Source of the DNA: Candidatus Bipolaricaulia bacterium
Lineage (GTDB): Bacteria > Bipolaricaulota > Bipolaricaulia > JBHIAT01
Length of the DNA: 33,587 nt
Reading direction: 5' to 3'
NCBI GenBank assembly: GCA_046758705.1
Contig: JBHIAT010000019.1
Coordinates: 1-33,587 of the forward strand
The notes below the pieces were generated by a model that was not told where the DNA came from, ran no database searches, and saw only the letters and a program-made list of their open reading frames with translations. The first letter of the stretch is position 1. Each line of letters opens with the position of its first letter. Of the stretch, positions 17,333 to 27,297 are shown piece by piece. The position numbers were made by a program, and so were the translations under genes.

Positions 17333-18117
17333 CAGCTGTTGATCGTCTGTGGGGTCCTCCGCCGGCAAACTTGGCGTTGTCGAACGATGATATTCATGTC
17401 TGGCGTGCTTCTCTGGATCTGACAGCATCGCGCGTACAAAGTCTGCAGCACACCCTCACCCCAGACGAATTGGACCGGGCCGAGCGTTTTTACTTCCAGA
17501 AAGACCGGGAACACTTCATTGTGGCTCGCGGGCTGCTCAGGGCCATCCTCGGCCGCTATCTGAACGTGGAACCCAGTCAACCGCGCTTTTGCTACAGCCC
17601 CTATGGAAAACCGACCCTGGTCACCACGTCTGGCAAGAATACACTAAGCTTTAACGTGTCCCACTCCTACGGGCTTGCCCTCTATGCCGTAACTCACGGC
17701 CGGAAGATTGGCATCGACCTCGAACGCATTCGCGCGGATTTCGCATGTGAACAGATAGCAGAGCGATTCTTCTCGCCCCAAGAGAACGTCGTGCTTCGTG
17801 CACTCCCTGCAAGTATGAAGCACGAGGCATTTTTCACCTGTTGGACTCGCAAGGAGGCCTACGTAAAGGCTAAGAGCGAAGGGCTTTCGCTTCCCTTAGA
17901 CCAATTTGACGTTTCACTGGCTCCAGGAGAGCCGGCAGCGCTGTTGAGCACGAACTGGGATCCCCAAGAAGCTTCCCGTTGGTCGTTACAAGCACTGACT
18001 CCCGGCCCCGGTTACGTGGCCGCTCTTGCCGTAGAGGGATATCACTGGCAGCTGAAGTGCTGGCAATGGCCAGGGTCAGTGAGTGACGAGTTGACAGGCC
18101 GCGCCCCGGGCCCTTGA
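17329..18117 (+). CDS. Sfp-type 4'-phosphopantetheinyl transferase
   Basis: YGKP, FNVSHS, IGIDLE, WTRKEAYVKA motifs. Confidence 0.96.
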   Translation: MTAVDRLWGPPPANLALSNDDIHVWRASLDLTASRVQSLQHTLTPDELDRAERFYFQKDREHFIVARGLLRAILGRYLNVEPSQPRFCYSPYGKPTLVTTSGKNTLSFNVSHSYGLALYAVTHGRKIGIDLERIRADFACEQIAERFFSPQENVVLRALPASMKHEAFFTCWTRKEAYVKAKSEGLSLPLDQFDVSLAPGEPAALLSTNWDPQEASRWSLQALTPGPGYVAALAVEGYHWQLKCWQWPGSVSDELTGRAPGP

Positions 18118-18142
18118 CATCGCCCCGTCGATCTGATACAAT
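18114..18142 (+). promoter_or_regulatory. Sigma70-type promoter of the trp operon
   Basis: TTGACA (18114-18119), 17-bp spacer, TACAAT (18137-18142) with extended TG; -35 overlaps the PPTase stop codon. Confidence 0.75.
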
Positions 18143-18176
18143 CCAACTTACCTTCTCTCAGGTGAGGTGGACGCGG

Positions 18177-18215
18177 ATGATGGCAGGTGATCGGGTTTGG
18201 GTTCCAGCGACCTAG
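18177..18215 (+). CDS. Putative trp leader peptide MMAGDRVWVPAT
   Basis: GAGGTG RBS 7 nt upstream of the ATG, one Trp codon, located in the ~200-nt trp leader ahead of a pyrimidine-rich tract. Confidence 0.4.
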   Translation: MMAGDRVWVPAT

Positions 18216-18349
18216 GCCCTGCAAAGCAGCTTGTTTAACGCCCCACCCGTTTCTGATCTGTCCATCTCCCTTTTCTGTTCTTCTCCGTTATCCATCTGGT
18301 CAGGACCTATTCCAAACCGAAAATCAAAACCACCAAAGGAGGGACCATC

Positions 18350-19708
18350 ATGGCCGAACAGACCAAATTCATTCTAGATGAGGAAGAGATCCCCAAGCGT
18401 TGGTACAACGTGCTGGCCGATCTCAGGAACCCATTGGATCCGCCGATCCATCCAGCGACCCACGAGCCGGTGGAGCCGGAGGCGCTGCTGGCGCTCTTTC
18501 CCAAGACGTGTGTCGAGCAGGAGGTGAGCCAGGACCGGTGGATCGACATTCCGGAGCCGGTGCGTGACGTCTACCGGTTGTACCGGCCGACCCCGCTGAT
18601 TCGGGCGCGGCGGCTTGAGGCAGCGTTGGAGACACCGGCGCACATTTACTACAAGTACGAAGGCTACAGCCCGCCGGGAAGCCACAAACCGAACACCGCG
18701 ATCGCCCAGGCTTACTACAACCAACAGGAAGGGATCAAACGCCTCGCCACCGAGACCGGCGCCGGACAGTGGGGCAGCGCTCTGTCGTTCGGTTGTCAGC
18801 TCTTCGGGCTTGACTGCACCGTCTACATGGTGAAGGTCAGCTATCACCAGAAGCCGTACCGCCGCTCGATGATGGAGGTCTGGGGGGCCGAGGTCATCCC
18901 CAGCCCCAGCGATCGGACCGACGCCGGCAAGCACGTATTGGCCGAAGATCCCGATTCGCCTGGAAGCCTGGGAATTGCGATCAGCGAGGCGATTGAGGAC
19001 GCGGTGAAGCACGACGGCGTCAAGTACTCGCTGGGAAGCGTGCTCAACCACGTGCTGCTTCATCAGACGGTCGTCGGGCTCGAAGCGAAACAGCAGTTCG
19101 AGATGGCCAGCGATTACCCGGATGTGCTGATCGGCTGTATCGGGGGCGGAAGCAACTTCTCGGGGTTCTTCCTGCCATTCCTCAAGGATGTCTATCACGA
19201 AGGTCGGACGATCGACATCGTCGCCGTCGAGCCGACCGCCTGTCCATCGGTCACCAAGGGTGAGTTTCGCTACGACTTCGGCGATACCGCCGAGACGACG
19301 CCGCTCATCAAGATGCACACCCTGGGACACGACTTCGTGCCACCCGGCATTCACGCCGGCGGGCTCCGCTACCACGGGATGGCTCCGATCATCTGTCGTC
19401 TGGCTGAAGACGGCGATATCCGGGCGGTCGCGCTCCCTCAGAACGCCGTCTTCGAGGGAGCGGTCCTGTTCGCTCAGGCCGAAGGGATCATCCCGGCACC
19501 GGAGTCGAACCACGCGGTGCGGTTCGCCATCGACGAGGCACGTCGCTGCCGGGAGACGGGTGAGGCAAAGGTGATCGCGTTCAATCTGAGCGGCCACGGC
19601 CACTTCGACATGGGCGCTTACGATGAGTACCTCGCCGGGAAGCTCGAGGACTACGACTACCCGGAGGAGAAGGTCCGGGAGTCGTTGGCCAAGGTTCCGA
19701 AGATCTGA
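18350..19708 (+). CDS. trpB2: Tryptophan synthase beta chain, TrpB2 type
   Basis: [21 protein letters not shown] (PLP lysine), [35 protein letters not shown]. Confidence 0.95.
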   Translation: MAEQTKFILDEEEIPKRWYNVLADLRNPLDPPIHPATHEPVEPEALLALFPKTCVEQEVSQDRWIDIPEPVRDVYRLYRPTPLIRARRLEAALETPAHIYYKYEGYSPPGSHKPNTAIAQAYYNQQEGIKRLATETGAGQWGSALSFGCQLFGLDCTVYMVKVSYHQKPYRRSMMEVWGAEVIPSPSDRTDAGKHVLAEDPDSPGSLGIAISEAIEDAVKHDGVKYSLGSVLNHVLLHQTVVGLEAKQQFEMASDYPDVLIGCIGGGSNFSGFFLPFLKDVYHEGRTIDIVAVEPTACPSVTKGEFRYDFGDTAETTPLIKMHTLGHDFVPPGIHAGGLRYHGMAPIICRLAEDGDIRAVALPQNAVFEGAVLFAQAEGIIPAPESNHAVRFAIDEARRCRETGEAKVIAFNLSGHGHFDMGAYDEYLAGKLEDYDYPEEKVRESLAKVPKI

Positions 19709-19719
19709 TCGGATGGGCA

Positions 19720-21090
19720 ATGAAGCTGATTGAGCTGGAATATCAGGATCCGTTCCCACTTTACGAGGCGATCTATCGCAACTACGAACACAGCTTTATC
19801 TTGGAGAGCGCGCCGGGTCCCGAACGGCTCGCTGAGTACACATTTATCGGATTCGACCCGACCCAGGTCATCGAGCTCGCGGACGGCCAGATCCGCGTCG
19901 ATGGGGTGCTGGCGGAGGGGATGGAGGAGACCGGCGATCCGCTCGGCTACCTGCGCAGTCTTCTCTCCCAGTATGCGATTGAGGATCGACGTTTTAAGTA
20001 CGTTGGAGGGCTGGTCGGGTATATAAGCTACGATTTTGTGGGATATCTGGAAGATATTCCGAACAGCCATGCGAATCACTTCTCATTTCCCGACTTCCAG
20101 TTCGGACTATACCTGGATGGGCTCATCTACGATCACAAGCAGGGTCGGATGTACTACTTTTCCCACGGCGAAGATCGGCTGGAGCGGATCCGTCTCGGTT
20201 TCGCTCCGCAAACCGACTTTGCTTGTGAGGCGTTGACGTGCGATACTGGTCGTGAACGATTCATCGACAGCGTGGACCGCGCGAAGCGGTACATCAAGGC
20301 GGGTGACATCTATCAGGCCGTGCTGTCTAAGGAGCTGAGCAGCCGGTTCTCTGGCGATCTCTTCAACGTCTACCGGGCGATGCGGAAGATCAATCCCTCT
20401 CCCTATATGTACTATGTTTGCCTCGGACCCCGAAAGATCGTTGGCTCGAGCCCTGAGATGTTGGTCGCCGTCCATGACGGCATGATCTCGACCTATCCGA
20501 TCGCCGGGACCCGACCGATCGGCGCTACCGAGGCGGAGCGTCGGGCTTACGAACAAGAGGTGTTGAACGACGAGAAGGAGCGGGCGGAGCACAATATGCT
20601 CGTCGATCTGGCGCGCAACGATGTCGGTCGGGTCAGTCGCTATGGGAGCGTGTGGGTTCCCGAGTACATGGTCGTGGAGCGGTTCAGTCACGTCCAGCAC
20701 ATCGTCTCCCGGGTGGAGGGACAGTTGACTGACGGCCGGGATGCGCTGGACGCATTCGCCGCCCTGTTCCCAGCGGGAACCGTCTCCGGTGCTCCGAAGA
20801 TCCGAGCGATGGAGATCATCGATGAATTAGAGATTCACAAGCGCGGCCCTTATGCCGGGGTGGTCGGCTACTTCTCGTTCAACGGGAATATGGATTCGGC
20901 GATCACGATCCGGACGCTGTGCGCCGAAGGGAACCGGTTGTTCATCCGGGCCGGGGCCGGGATCGTCGCCGATTCGGTCGGTGCGCGGGAGTGGGACGAA
21001 ACCGACTACAAGCTGGCCGCCCTCAGGAAGGCGATCAGGTTAGGAGAGAAAGGGGAAGGGGATCAGGATGAGAATCTTGGTGATCGATAA
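19720..21090 (+). CDS. trpE: Anthranilate synthase component I
   Basis: ILES, NPSPYM, GSSPE, PIAGTRP, EHNMLVDLARND, FPAGTVSGAPK, AGAGIVADS. Confidence 0.96.
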   Translation: MKLIELEYQDPFPLYEAIYRNYEHSFILESAPGPERLAEYTFIGFDPTQVIELADGQIRVDGVLAEGMEETGDPLGYLRSLLSQYAIEDRRFKYVGGLVGYISYDFVGYLEDIPNSHANHFSFPDFQFGLYLDGLIYDHKQGRMYYFSHGEDRLERIRLGFAPQTDFACEALTCDTGRERFIDSVDRAKRYIKAGDIYQAVLSKELSSRFSGDLFNVYRAMRKINPSPYMYYVCLGPRKIVGSSPEMLVAVHDGMISTYPIAGTRPIGATEAERRAYEQEVLNDEKERAEHNMLVDLARNDVGRVSRYGSVWVPEYMVVERFSHVQHIVSRVEGQLTDGRDALDAFAALFPAGTVSGAPKIRAMEIIDELEIHKRGPYAGVVGYFSFNGNMDSAITIRTLCAEGNRLFIRAGAGIVADSVGAREWDETDYKLAALRKAIRLGEKGEGDQDENLGDR

Positions 21091-21664
21091 CTATGACTCG
21101 TTCGTTTACAACCTGGTTCAATACCTGGGTGAACTCGGGGCCACCCCGGTCGTCTATCGCAACGATGCGATCGATATCGCCGGGGTGAAAACGATTCATG
21201 CGAACGGGATCGTGATCTCACCCGGTCCCGGGAATCCGACCGACCGACGTTACTTCGGGATCAACGTTGAGATTCTCAAGGAGATCTCACCCCGGGTGCC
21301 GACACTGGGAATCTGCCTCGGCCATCAGGGGATCGGAGCGGCTTTCGGCGGGCGAGTGGTGGGCGCCCGACAGATCCTCCACGGGAAGACCTCCCGGATC
21401 TACCACGACGGGACCGGCCTGTTCGAGGAGGTTCCTAACGGGTTCCTCGGCGCCCGCTATCACTCCCTGGTTCTGGATCGCGATACCCTGTCCGACGATC
21501 TGGTGATCACCGCCGAGAGCGATGACGGGGAGATCATGGGAGTGCAGCATTGCACCTATCCGATCGCCGGCCTTCAGTTCCACCCGGAATCGATTCTGAC
21601 CGAGCACGGGAAGCGCATTCTGGCCAATTTTTTAAGAGATGTCGACGGAGGTGAGAAACGATGA
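21068..21664 (+). CDS. trpG: Anthranilate synthase component II (glutamine amidotransferase)
   Basis: IDNYDSFVYNL, SPGPG, GICLGHQ, RYHSL, QFHPES. Confidence 0.96.
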   Translation: MRILVIDNYDSFVYNLVQYLGELGATPVVYRNDAIDIAGVKTIHANGIVISPGPGNPTDRRYFGINVEILKEISPRVPTLGICLGHQGIGAAFGGRVVGARQILHGKTSRIYHDGTGLFEEVPNGFLGARYHSLVLDRDTLSDDLVITAESDDGEIMGVQHCTYPIAGLQFHPESILTEHGKRILANFLRDVDGGEKR

Positions 21665-22683
21665 TGAAACAGGCAATCGCGACGTTGGCCGACGGGGACG
21701 ATCTGAGTTATGAGGTCGCCAAGGCAGTGATGGACGAACTGATGAGCGGCGGTTGCTCCGAAGCTCAGATCGGTGCGTTCCTGATGGGACTGCGGGCCAA
21801 GGGGGAGACGGTTAACGAGATCACGGCGTTCGCCGAGGTGATGCGAGCGCAGAGCGTCAGGCTCCGGCCCAATCTGGAGGACACCTCTCTGGTCGACGTC
21901 TGTGGGACCGGCGGCGCCCAGCACAAGACGTTCAACGTCTCGACGATCAGCGCGTTGGTGATTGCCGGGGCCGGATGTCCGGTCGCCAAACACGGGAACC
22001 GCGGTGTGACCAGCCCATGCGGCAGCGCCGATCTGCTCGAGGTGCTCGGCGTGAACCTCGATGTCGATCCGGCTGTGGTCGAGACGATGATCGAGGAGAT
22101 CGGCATCGGGTTCCTGTTCGCGCGGAATCTGCACCCGGCGATGAAGTACGCCGCCGGACCAAGGCAGGCGCTCGGCATCCGCACTGTCTTCAACATGCTC
22201 GGACCGCTCACCAACCCGGCCGGAGCCACCGCCCACCTGATGGGCGTCTTCAGCCCGGCGCTCGTCGAGATCTACCCTGAGGTGCTCAACCGGTTGGGAG
22301 TGGCGCGGGCGCTGGTGGTGCACGGCGTGGATGGGATCGATGAGATCTCGACCGTCGGTCCGACCCAGGTGGGAGAACTGCGCGACGGGCGGATCGATTA
22401 TTACCAGATCAAACCGGAGGATTACAGCTTCCAGCGGACCTCGATCGATCGGGTGGCGGGCCTCGACCCCGAGGCGAGCGCAGCATTGGCTCGGAGATTG
22501 CTGCACGGCGAGCTGAAGGACGAGCGCTACGAGATGGTCCTGCTTAACGCCGGAGCCGGAATCTATGTCGCCAACGGTGCCGATTCGATCGCAGCCGGAA
22601 TCGAACAGGCCGAAGAGAGTATCCAAAGCGGCGCCGCCTACGACAAGCTTGAGGCGTTGATCGCCAAGACCCAAGGAACCTGA
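21661..22683 (+). CDS. trpD: Anthranilate phosphoribosyltransferase
   Basis: DVCGTGG, FNVST, KHGNR, GSADLLE, RTVFNMLGPLTNP. Confidence 0.97.
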   Translation: MMKQAIATLADGDDLSYEVAKAVMDELMSGGCSEAQIGAFLMGLRAKGETVNEITAFAEVMRAQSVRLRPNLEDTSLVDVCGTGGAQHKTFNVSTISALVIAGAGCPVAKHGNRGVTSPCGSADLLEVLGVNLDVDPAVVETMIEEIGIGFLFARNLHPAMKYAAGPRQALGIRTVFNMLGPLTNPAGATAHLMGVFSPALVEIYPEVLNRLGVARALVVHGVDGIDEISTVGPTQVGELRDGRIDYYQIKPEDYSFQRTSIDRVAGLDPEASAALARRLLHGELKDERYEMVLLNAGAGIYVANGADSIAAGIEQAEESIQSGAAYDKLEALIAKTQGT

Positions 22684-22687
22684 GCCG

Positions 22688-23467
22688 ATGGACTATCTTG
22701 ACAAACTGGCCCAGACGACGATCGAGACGGTGAAAAACGGCTACTACACCCGGCGACCGACCCGCGCCCGCCGGACGGGTCGAAGGTCGTTTGTGGCATG
22801 CATCTCAAATCATCCGGGCAACCCGATCGTCGCCGAGATCAAGCCGGCATCCCCGTCACAGGGGCGGATGATCGAGGGAGGCGAGGAGATGATCGCCGAG
22901 ATCGCTTCCTGCTACTGGCAGGCCGGTGCCGCTGGGATCTCAGTTCTGACCGAACCGGTCCGGTTCGGCGGCGCGCTGGCATATCTGAACAGCGCCTCAG
23001 CGGCCGGCTTGCCCGTCCTGATGAAGGATTTTCTGTTGGATCCAGTCCAGATCGAGGCAGGGACAGCCTGGGGCGCGGATGCGATCCTGCTCATTCTGAC
23101 CCTGTTTCGACGGCGCTATGCGACTGTGTCACTCGCTCAGATGATCGACCGGATTCACGAGCACGGTCTGGAGGTGCTGCTCGAGGTCAGCTCGGCCGAG
23201 GAGTTCCGAGACGCCCGGGAGACGGCGGCCGATATGATCGGGATCAACAATCGCAACCTGGCTACTTTGGAGCTTCGCCTGGAGACGACCGAGGAGATTT
23301 TGGCCCGGGAGGCGGCCGACCGACCGGTGTGGGGATTGAGCGGTGTTTTTTCTGCCGCTGACATCCGCCGTCTCAAGGTGGCCGGCGTTGACGCATTTCT
23401 CATTGGCACGTCGCTGATGTTGGCCGATGATCGATCGAGACTGCTCGAGGAGTTCATCTGCGCATGA
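22688..23467 (+). CDS. trpC: Indole-3-glycerol phosphate synthase
   Basis: AEIKPASPSQG, ISVLTEP, LMKDF, GADAILLI, GINNRNL. Confidence 0.95.
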   Translation: MDYLDKLAQTTIETVKNGYYTRRPTRARRTGRRSFVACISNHPGNPIVAEIKPASPSQGRMIEGGEEMIAEIASCYWQAGAAGISVLTEPVRFGGALAYLNSASAAGLPVLMKDFLLDPVQIEAGTAWGADAILLILTLFRRRYATVSLAQMIDRIHEHGLEVLLEVSSAEEFRDARETAADMIGINNRNLATLELRLETTEEILAREAADRPVWGLSGVFSAADIRRLKVAGVDAFLIGTSLMLADDRSRLLEEFICA

Positions 23468-24102
23468 AAGACATACAGGTCAAGATTTGCGGTATTCACG
23501 ACGAGCAAGCCGCGCGGTTCGCCGCCGAGGCCGGGGCCGACTATATCGGGTTCACGTTCGTCCCCAACCACCGCCACACTATCGAGCCAGCCCGGGCGGC
23601 CCAGATCGTCGCGCGGTTGAAAGGAAGCGTGACAGCCGTCGGAATCTTCGTCGACGAACGGGTCGAAACCGTGAACGAGATCGTCCGGCGTGTGGGGCTG
23701 GACTGTGTACAGCTCCACGGCCGAGAACCGCCTGAGAATTGTCGCCGCATCGAGGGAGCCCAAGTGATCAAGGCGTTGTCGGTCGGGGATCGGTTTACGG
23801 CCGATCGGGTGAAACAGCTGATGGAAACCTATCCGGTCGATCTTTACGTGCTCGACCGCTACCGGCAAGGGACCGGTACGCCGGTTCCCTATGAGCTAGC
23901 CCATGAGATCGTTTCGCGCTACTCGGTGTTCCTCGCCGGCAGGCTCAATCCGGAGAACGTCGCCGAGGCGGTGCGGGCGGTAAGACCATACGGTGTCGAC
24001 GTGAGCAGCGGAGTTGAGACCGACGGGAGGACCGATCTGGCCAAGATCGAGGCGTTTATCTCAGTGGCGAAGGGGGTGCGGCACGATGAAGCTGTTCTTT
24101 AA
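23464..24102 (+). CDS. trpF: Phosphoribosylanthranilate isomerase
   Basis: [30 protein letters not shown]. Confidence 0.96.
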   Translation: MKDIQVKICGIHDEQAARFAAEAGADYIGFTFVPNHRHTIEPARAAQIVARLKGSVTAVGIFVDERVETVNEIVRRVGLDCVQLHGREPPENCRRIEGAQVIKALSVGDRFTADRVKQLMETYPVDLYVLDRYRQGTGTPVPYELAHEIVSRYSVFLAGRLNPENVAEAVRAVRPYGVDVSSGVETDGRTDLAKIEAFISVAKGVRHDEAVL

Positions 24103-25345
24103 AACCCGCTACGATGCTGACGAACGTGGCCACTTTGGTCGATACGGCGGCCGCTACGTTCCGGAGATGCTCATCCCGGCGCTACAGGAGCTGGAGGTCG
24201 CTTACGAACAGGCGAGGCGTGATCCTTCGTTTGCAGATAAGCTGAACGATCTGTTTCGAAACTATGCGGGACGGCCCACCCCGCTTTACTATGCCAAGAA
24301 CCTGACGGATCAGTTGGGTGGCGCGCGCATCTACCTCAAGAACGAGGGGTTGAACCACACCGGCGCCCACAAGATGAACCACTGCCTGGGTCAAGCGTTG
24401 CTGGCCAGGCGGATGGGGAAGCAGCGGTTGATCGCCGAGACCGGCGCCGGTCAGCACGGCGTCGCCACCGCCACCGTGGCCGCCAAGTTCGGGTTCCGGT
24501 GCACGATCTACCTGGGGGAGGTCGACATCGTCCGTCAGCGGCCCAACGTCTTTTGGATCGAGCGACTCGGCGCTGAGGTCGTGCCGGTGACCTTTGGGAG
24601 CCGGATGCTCAAGGATGCGGTCAACGCGGCGCTCAAGGACTGGATCGCGAACGTCCAAGACACCTACTTCCTGTTGGGGTCGGCCGTCGGCCCCCATCCA
24701 TATCCGTCGCTCGTCCGGGATTTTCAGTCGGTGGTTGGATTGGAGGTCCGAGACCAGATTCTTGAGCAAGAGAGAAAAATTCCCGATATCCTGATCGCCT
24801 GCGTCGGAGGCGGGAGCAATGCAATCGGTCTGTTCAACCCGTTCCTGGACAAAGACGAGGTGAGGTTGATCGGGGTGGAGGCCGGCGGTCGCGGGCTCGA
24901 TCCCGGAGAGCATGCTGCCCGGTTCCAGGGGGGTCGACCCGGGGTGGTCGAGGGCTATAAGTCGGTCTTCCTTCAGAACGAGGACGGCCAGGTGCTCACC
25001 ACCCACAGCATCTCGGCCGGGCTCGATTACGCCGGGGTCGGACCTCAGCTCAGCTATCTGAAGGAGATGGGACGAGTCGAGTTCAGTTACGCCACCGATG
25101 AGCAGGCACTCCAAGCCTTCGAGATGCTCGCCGAGACCGAGGGGATCGTGCCGGCCCTGGAGTCGGCCCATGCGGTTGCCGAGGCGATCCGGTTGGCACC
25201 AACGCGTCCCGAGAATGAAGTGATCGTCGTCAACCTATCCGGCCGCGGTGACAAGGACCTGTTCATCGTAGCCCGGGCCCTCGGGGATGAGAGCTGGCTG
25301 GATTTTCTCAAAGTGGAGATCGAACGACAAGATGACACCGATTGA
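24086..25345 (+). CDS. trpB: Tryptophan synthase beta chain, TrpB1 type
   Basis: [54 protein letters not shown]. Start moved to ATG 24086 (AGGGGG RBS). Confidence 0.96.
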   Translation: MKLFFKTRYDADERGHFGRYGGRYVPEMLIPALQELEVAYEQARRDPSFADKLNDLFRNYAGRPTPLYYAKNLTDQLGGARIYLKNEGLNHTGAHKMNHCLGQALLARRMGKQRLIAETGAGQHGVATATVAAKFGFRCTIYLGEVDIVRQRPNVFWIERLGAEVVPVTFGSRMLKDAVNAALKDWIANVQDTYFLLGSAVGPHPYPSLVRDFQSVVGLEVRDQILEQERKIPDILIACVGGGSNAIGLFNPFLDKDEVRLIGVEAGGRGLDPGEHAARFQGGRPGVVEGYKSVFLQNEDGQVLTTHSISAGLDYAGVGPQLSYLKEMGRVEFSYATDEQALQAFEMLAETEGIVPALESAHAVAEAIRLAPTRPENEVIVVNLSGRGDKDLFIVARALGDESWLDFLKVEIERQDDTD

Positions 25346-26129
25346 AGCAAGACTAAGATGGTTGACCGATCAGGGTTGGATCGGGCTGATGACCCACAGT
25401 GTAATCGGCTACCCGAGCCTCAAGGCCACACCAGGGTTGGTCGAGGCGATGGCCCGGGGCGGGGCAGACTTCGTCGAGCTCCAGATCCCGTTCTCCGACC
25501 CGGTCGCCGACGGCCCAACGATCATGCGCGCCAACCAAGCCGCGCTCGACGGTGGCGTTCGGGTGAGGGATTGCCTGACCGTAATGACCCGGCTTTCCGA
25601 GCGACTCGAGATCCCCCTGCTGTTCATGGGGTATTACAACACGATCTTCAACTACGGCGTCGAGGCGTTCTGTCGCGATGCCCGGGTCGCCGGAGCCGCC
25701 GGGCTTATCGTCCCCGACATCCCGCTCGATGAAGAGCCTGACGAGGGATTCATCGCCGCCTGCAACAAACACGACCTGCACCACATTCGGGTGATCTCCC
25801 CGGCCAGCACCGAGGCGCGGCTCAACGCGAATGCCAACGTGGCAAACGGGTTCGTCTACTGCGTTTCCCGGTATGGGATCACCGGCGCCCGCACCCAGCT
25901 CAATCCCCGGCTCCAGGCGTACCTGACGCAGGTGCGGAGTTACTTCGATCTCCCGTTGGCGGTGGGATTTGGGATTTCCAACCGAGCGCATATCGAGGCG
26001 CTACGTGGCCACGCCGAGATCGCCGTCGTAGGCAGCGCGATTATCGATCTTATCGAAGCTCAAGCTCAGGCCGAAGCAACCGGGGAGTGGGAGAACGTAG
26101 AGAGCTGGATTCAGAAGCTCAGACCGTGA
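25332..26129 (+). CDS. trpA: Tryptophan synthase alpha chain
   Basis: [40 protein letters not shown]. Start moved to ATG 25332. Confidence 0.96.
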   Translation: MTPIEARLRWLTDQGWIGLMTHSVIGYPSLKATPGLVEAMARGGADFVELQIPFSDPVADGPTIMRANQAALDGGVRVRDCLTVMTRLSERLEIPLLFMGYYNTIFNYGVEAFCRDARVAGAAGLIVPDIPLDEEPDEGFIAACNKHDLHHIRVISPASTEARLNANANVANGFVYCVSRYGITGARTQLNPRLQAYLTQVRSYFDLPLAVGFGISNRAHIEALRGHAEIAVVGSAIIDLIEAQAQAEATGEWENVESWIQKLRP

Positions 26130-26242
26130 CGTCCTCGTTGCGTTCAACCCCCTGCCGGCTTGCCATGAAAAATTTCCCGGCGGAGCAAAGTGGCATCCGA
26201 TTCGGTCAGGTGGTAGAATGAACTCGGGGATGAGGATTCAGG

Positions 26243-26878
26243 GTGAACTTCGAAAAGGCTCGGATGCGAATGGTCAAGTACCAGCTCCGTTGGCGGGGGA
26301 TCGACGATGAACGTATTCTGAAAGCGTTTCTCAACGTTCCTCGCCATTGGTTCGTCAGCGAGAATCTCCAAGACAAAGCCTACGGCGATCATCCTCTCCC
26401 AATCGGGGAGGGGCAGACGATCTCCCAGCCTTACATTGTCGCGCTGATGACCCAGGCGCTCGAGTTGCACCGTGAAGATCGCGTCCTGGAGATCGGCACT
26501 GGCTCTGGCTACCAGACGGCTATCCTGGCGAAGTTGGCCGGCGAGGTGTTTACCGTAGAGCGGATCGAGCCGTTGCTCATCGAAGCGCAACAGCGGTTGG
26601 CGTCTTTAGGTTATACCAACATTCGGTTCCACCTCGGTGACGGGACACTCGGCTGGGAGGAGGAGGCACCCTACGATAAGATCATTGGCACCGGTGGAGC
26701 ACCGCGCATCCCGGTAACGCTGATCTCCCAACTGGGTGATCCGGGCCGATTGATCATCCCTGTCGGGGGACGCGTTACCCAATACCTGATTCTGGTCAGA
26801 AAGAAGGAGGGCAAGGTAGAGCGGAGTCGGCTCGCCCCCTGCAGCTTCATCCCGCTGATCGGGGAAGAGGGCTGGTGA
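26243..26878 (+). CDS. pcm: Protein-L-isoaspartate O-methyltransferase
   Basis: VPRH, GQTISQPY, VLEIGTGSGY, GDGTLG, APYDKI, FIPLIG; extended -10 TGgTAGAAT at 26211-26219. Confidence 0.96.
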   Translation: MNFEKARMRMVKYQLRWRGIDDERILKAFLNVPRHWFVSENLQDKAYGDHPLPIGEGQTISQPYIVALMTQALELHREDRVLEIGTGSGYQTAILAKLAGEVFTVERIEPLLIEAQQRLASLGYTNIRFHLGDGTLGWEEEAPYDKIIGTGGAPRIPVTLISQLGDPGRLIIPVGGRVTQYLILVRKKEGKVERSRLAPCSFIPLIGEEGW

Positions 26879-26906
26879 TTGGGAGAGGCGGTTCGCGAAA
26901 TGCCCC

Positions 26907-26935
26907 TTGCAAGCCTGCCATTGCTGTGATATAAT
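26907..26935 (+). promoter_or_regulatory. Sigma70-type promoter of the lysW-lysX operon
   Basis: TTGCAA (26907-26912), 17-bp spacer, TATAAT (26930-26935) with extended TG. Confidence 0.7.
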
Positions 26936-27009
26936 AGCCTAAAAGTTAAGGTTACCCAGACATGTTTACACAAATTTCGATGCTTTATCTTCGTTTAAAG
27001 CATTCTTCC

Positions 27010-27052
27010 CGATTCAGGAGGGGGAGGCCCTAACCTCCTCCCTAAATCGTTT
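27010..27052 (+). terminator. GC-rich hairpin in the lysW leader (possible attenuator)
   Basis: CGATT..AGGAGGGGGAGG-loop-CCTCCTCCCT..AATCG followed by only a short T run. Confidence 0.4.
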
Positions 27053-27126
27053 CAAAACCATCCTCAAACCAGACCGAACTGAAGCACCGAAGTAAAATTT
27101 CTTATCGAATCGCAGAGGTGATAGAG

Positions 27127-27297
27127 ATGACCATCACAGCGTGTCCAGAGTGTGGTACGGATATCGAGCTGCCCGAGGACGTGATGGAGAACGAGATTCT
27201 GGACTGTCCGACCTGTGGGGTGGAGCTCGAGATCATCAGCCTGGATCCCCCTGAGCTCGACCTCGCCCCCGAGGAGGAGGAGGACTGGGGAGAATGA
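27127..27297 (+). CDS. lysW: Amino-group carrier protein LysW (56 aa, not in ORF track)
   Basis: [56 protein letters not shown]: two CxxC, acidic, C-terminal EDWGE; GAGGTGA RBS; ATGA overlap with the next gene. Confidence 0.96.
   Translation: MTITACPECGTDIELPEDVMENEILDCPTCGVELEIISLDPPELDLAPEEEEDWGE

Noticed and set aside
18161-18176. GAGGTGGACGCG as a T-box motif
   Set aside because: It lies at the very start of the leader with no room for Stem I and fits better as an RBS.
18374-19759. 461-aa antisense ORF (likewise 21574-22674, 24182-25171, 31483-32340)
   Set aside because: Shadow frames of well-supported GC-rich genes, with no recognisable motifs.
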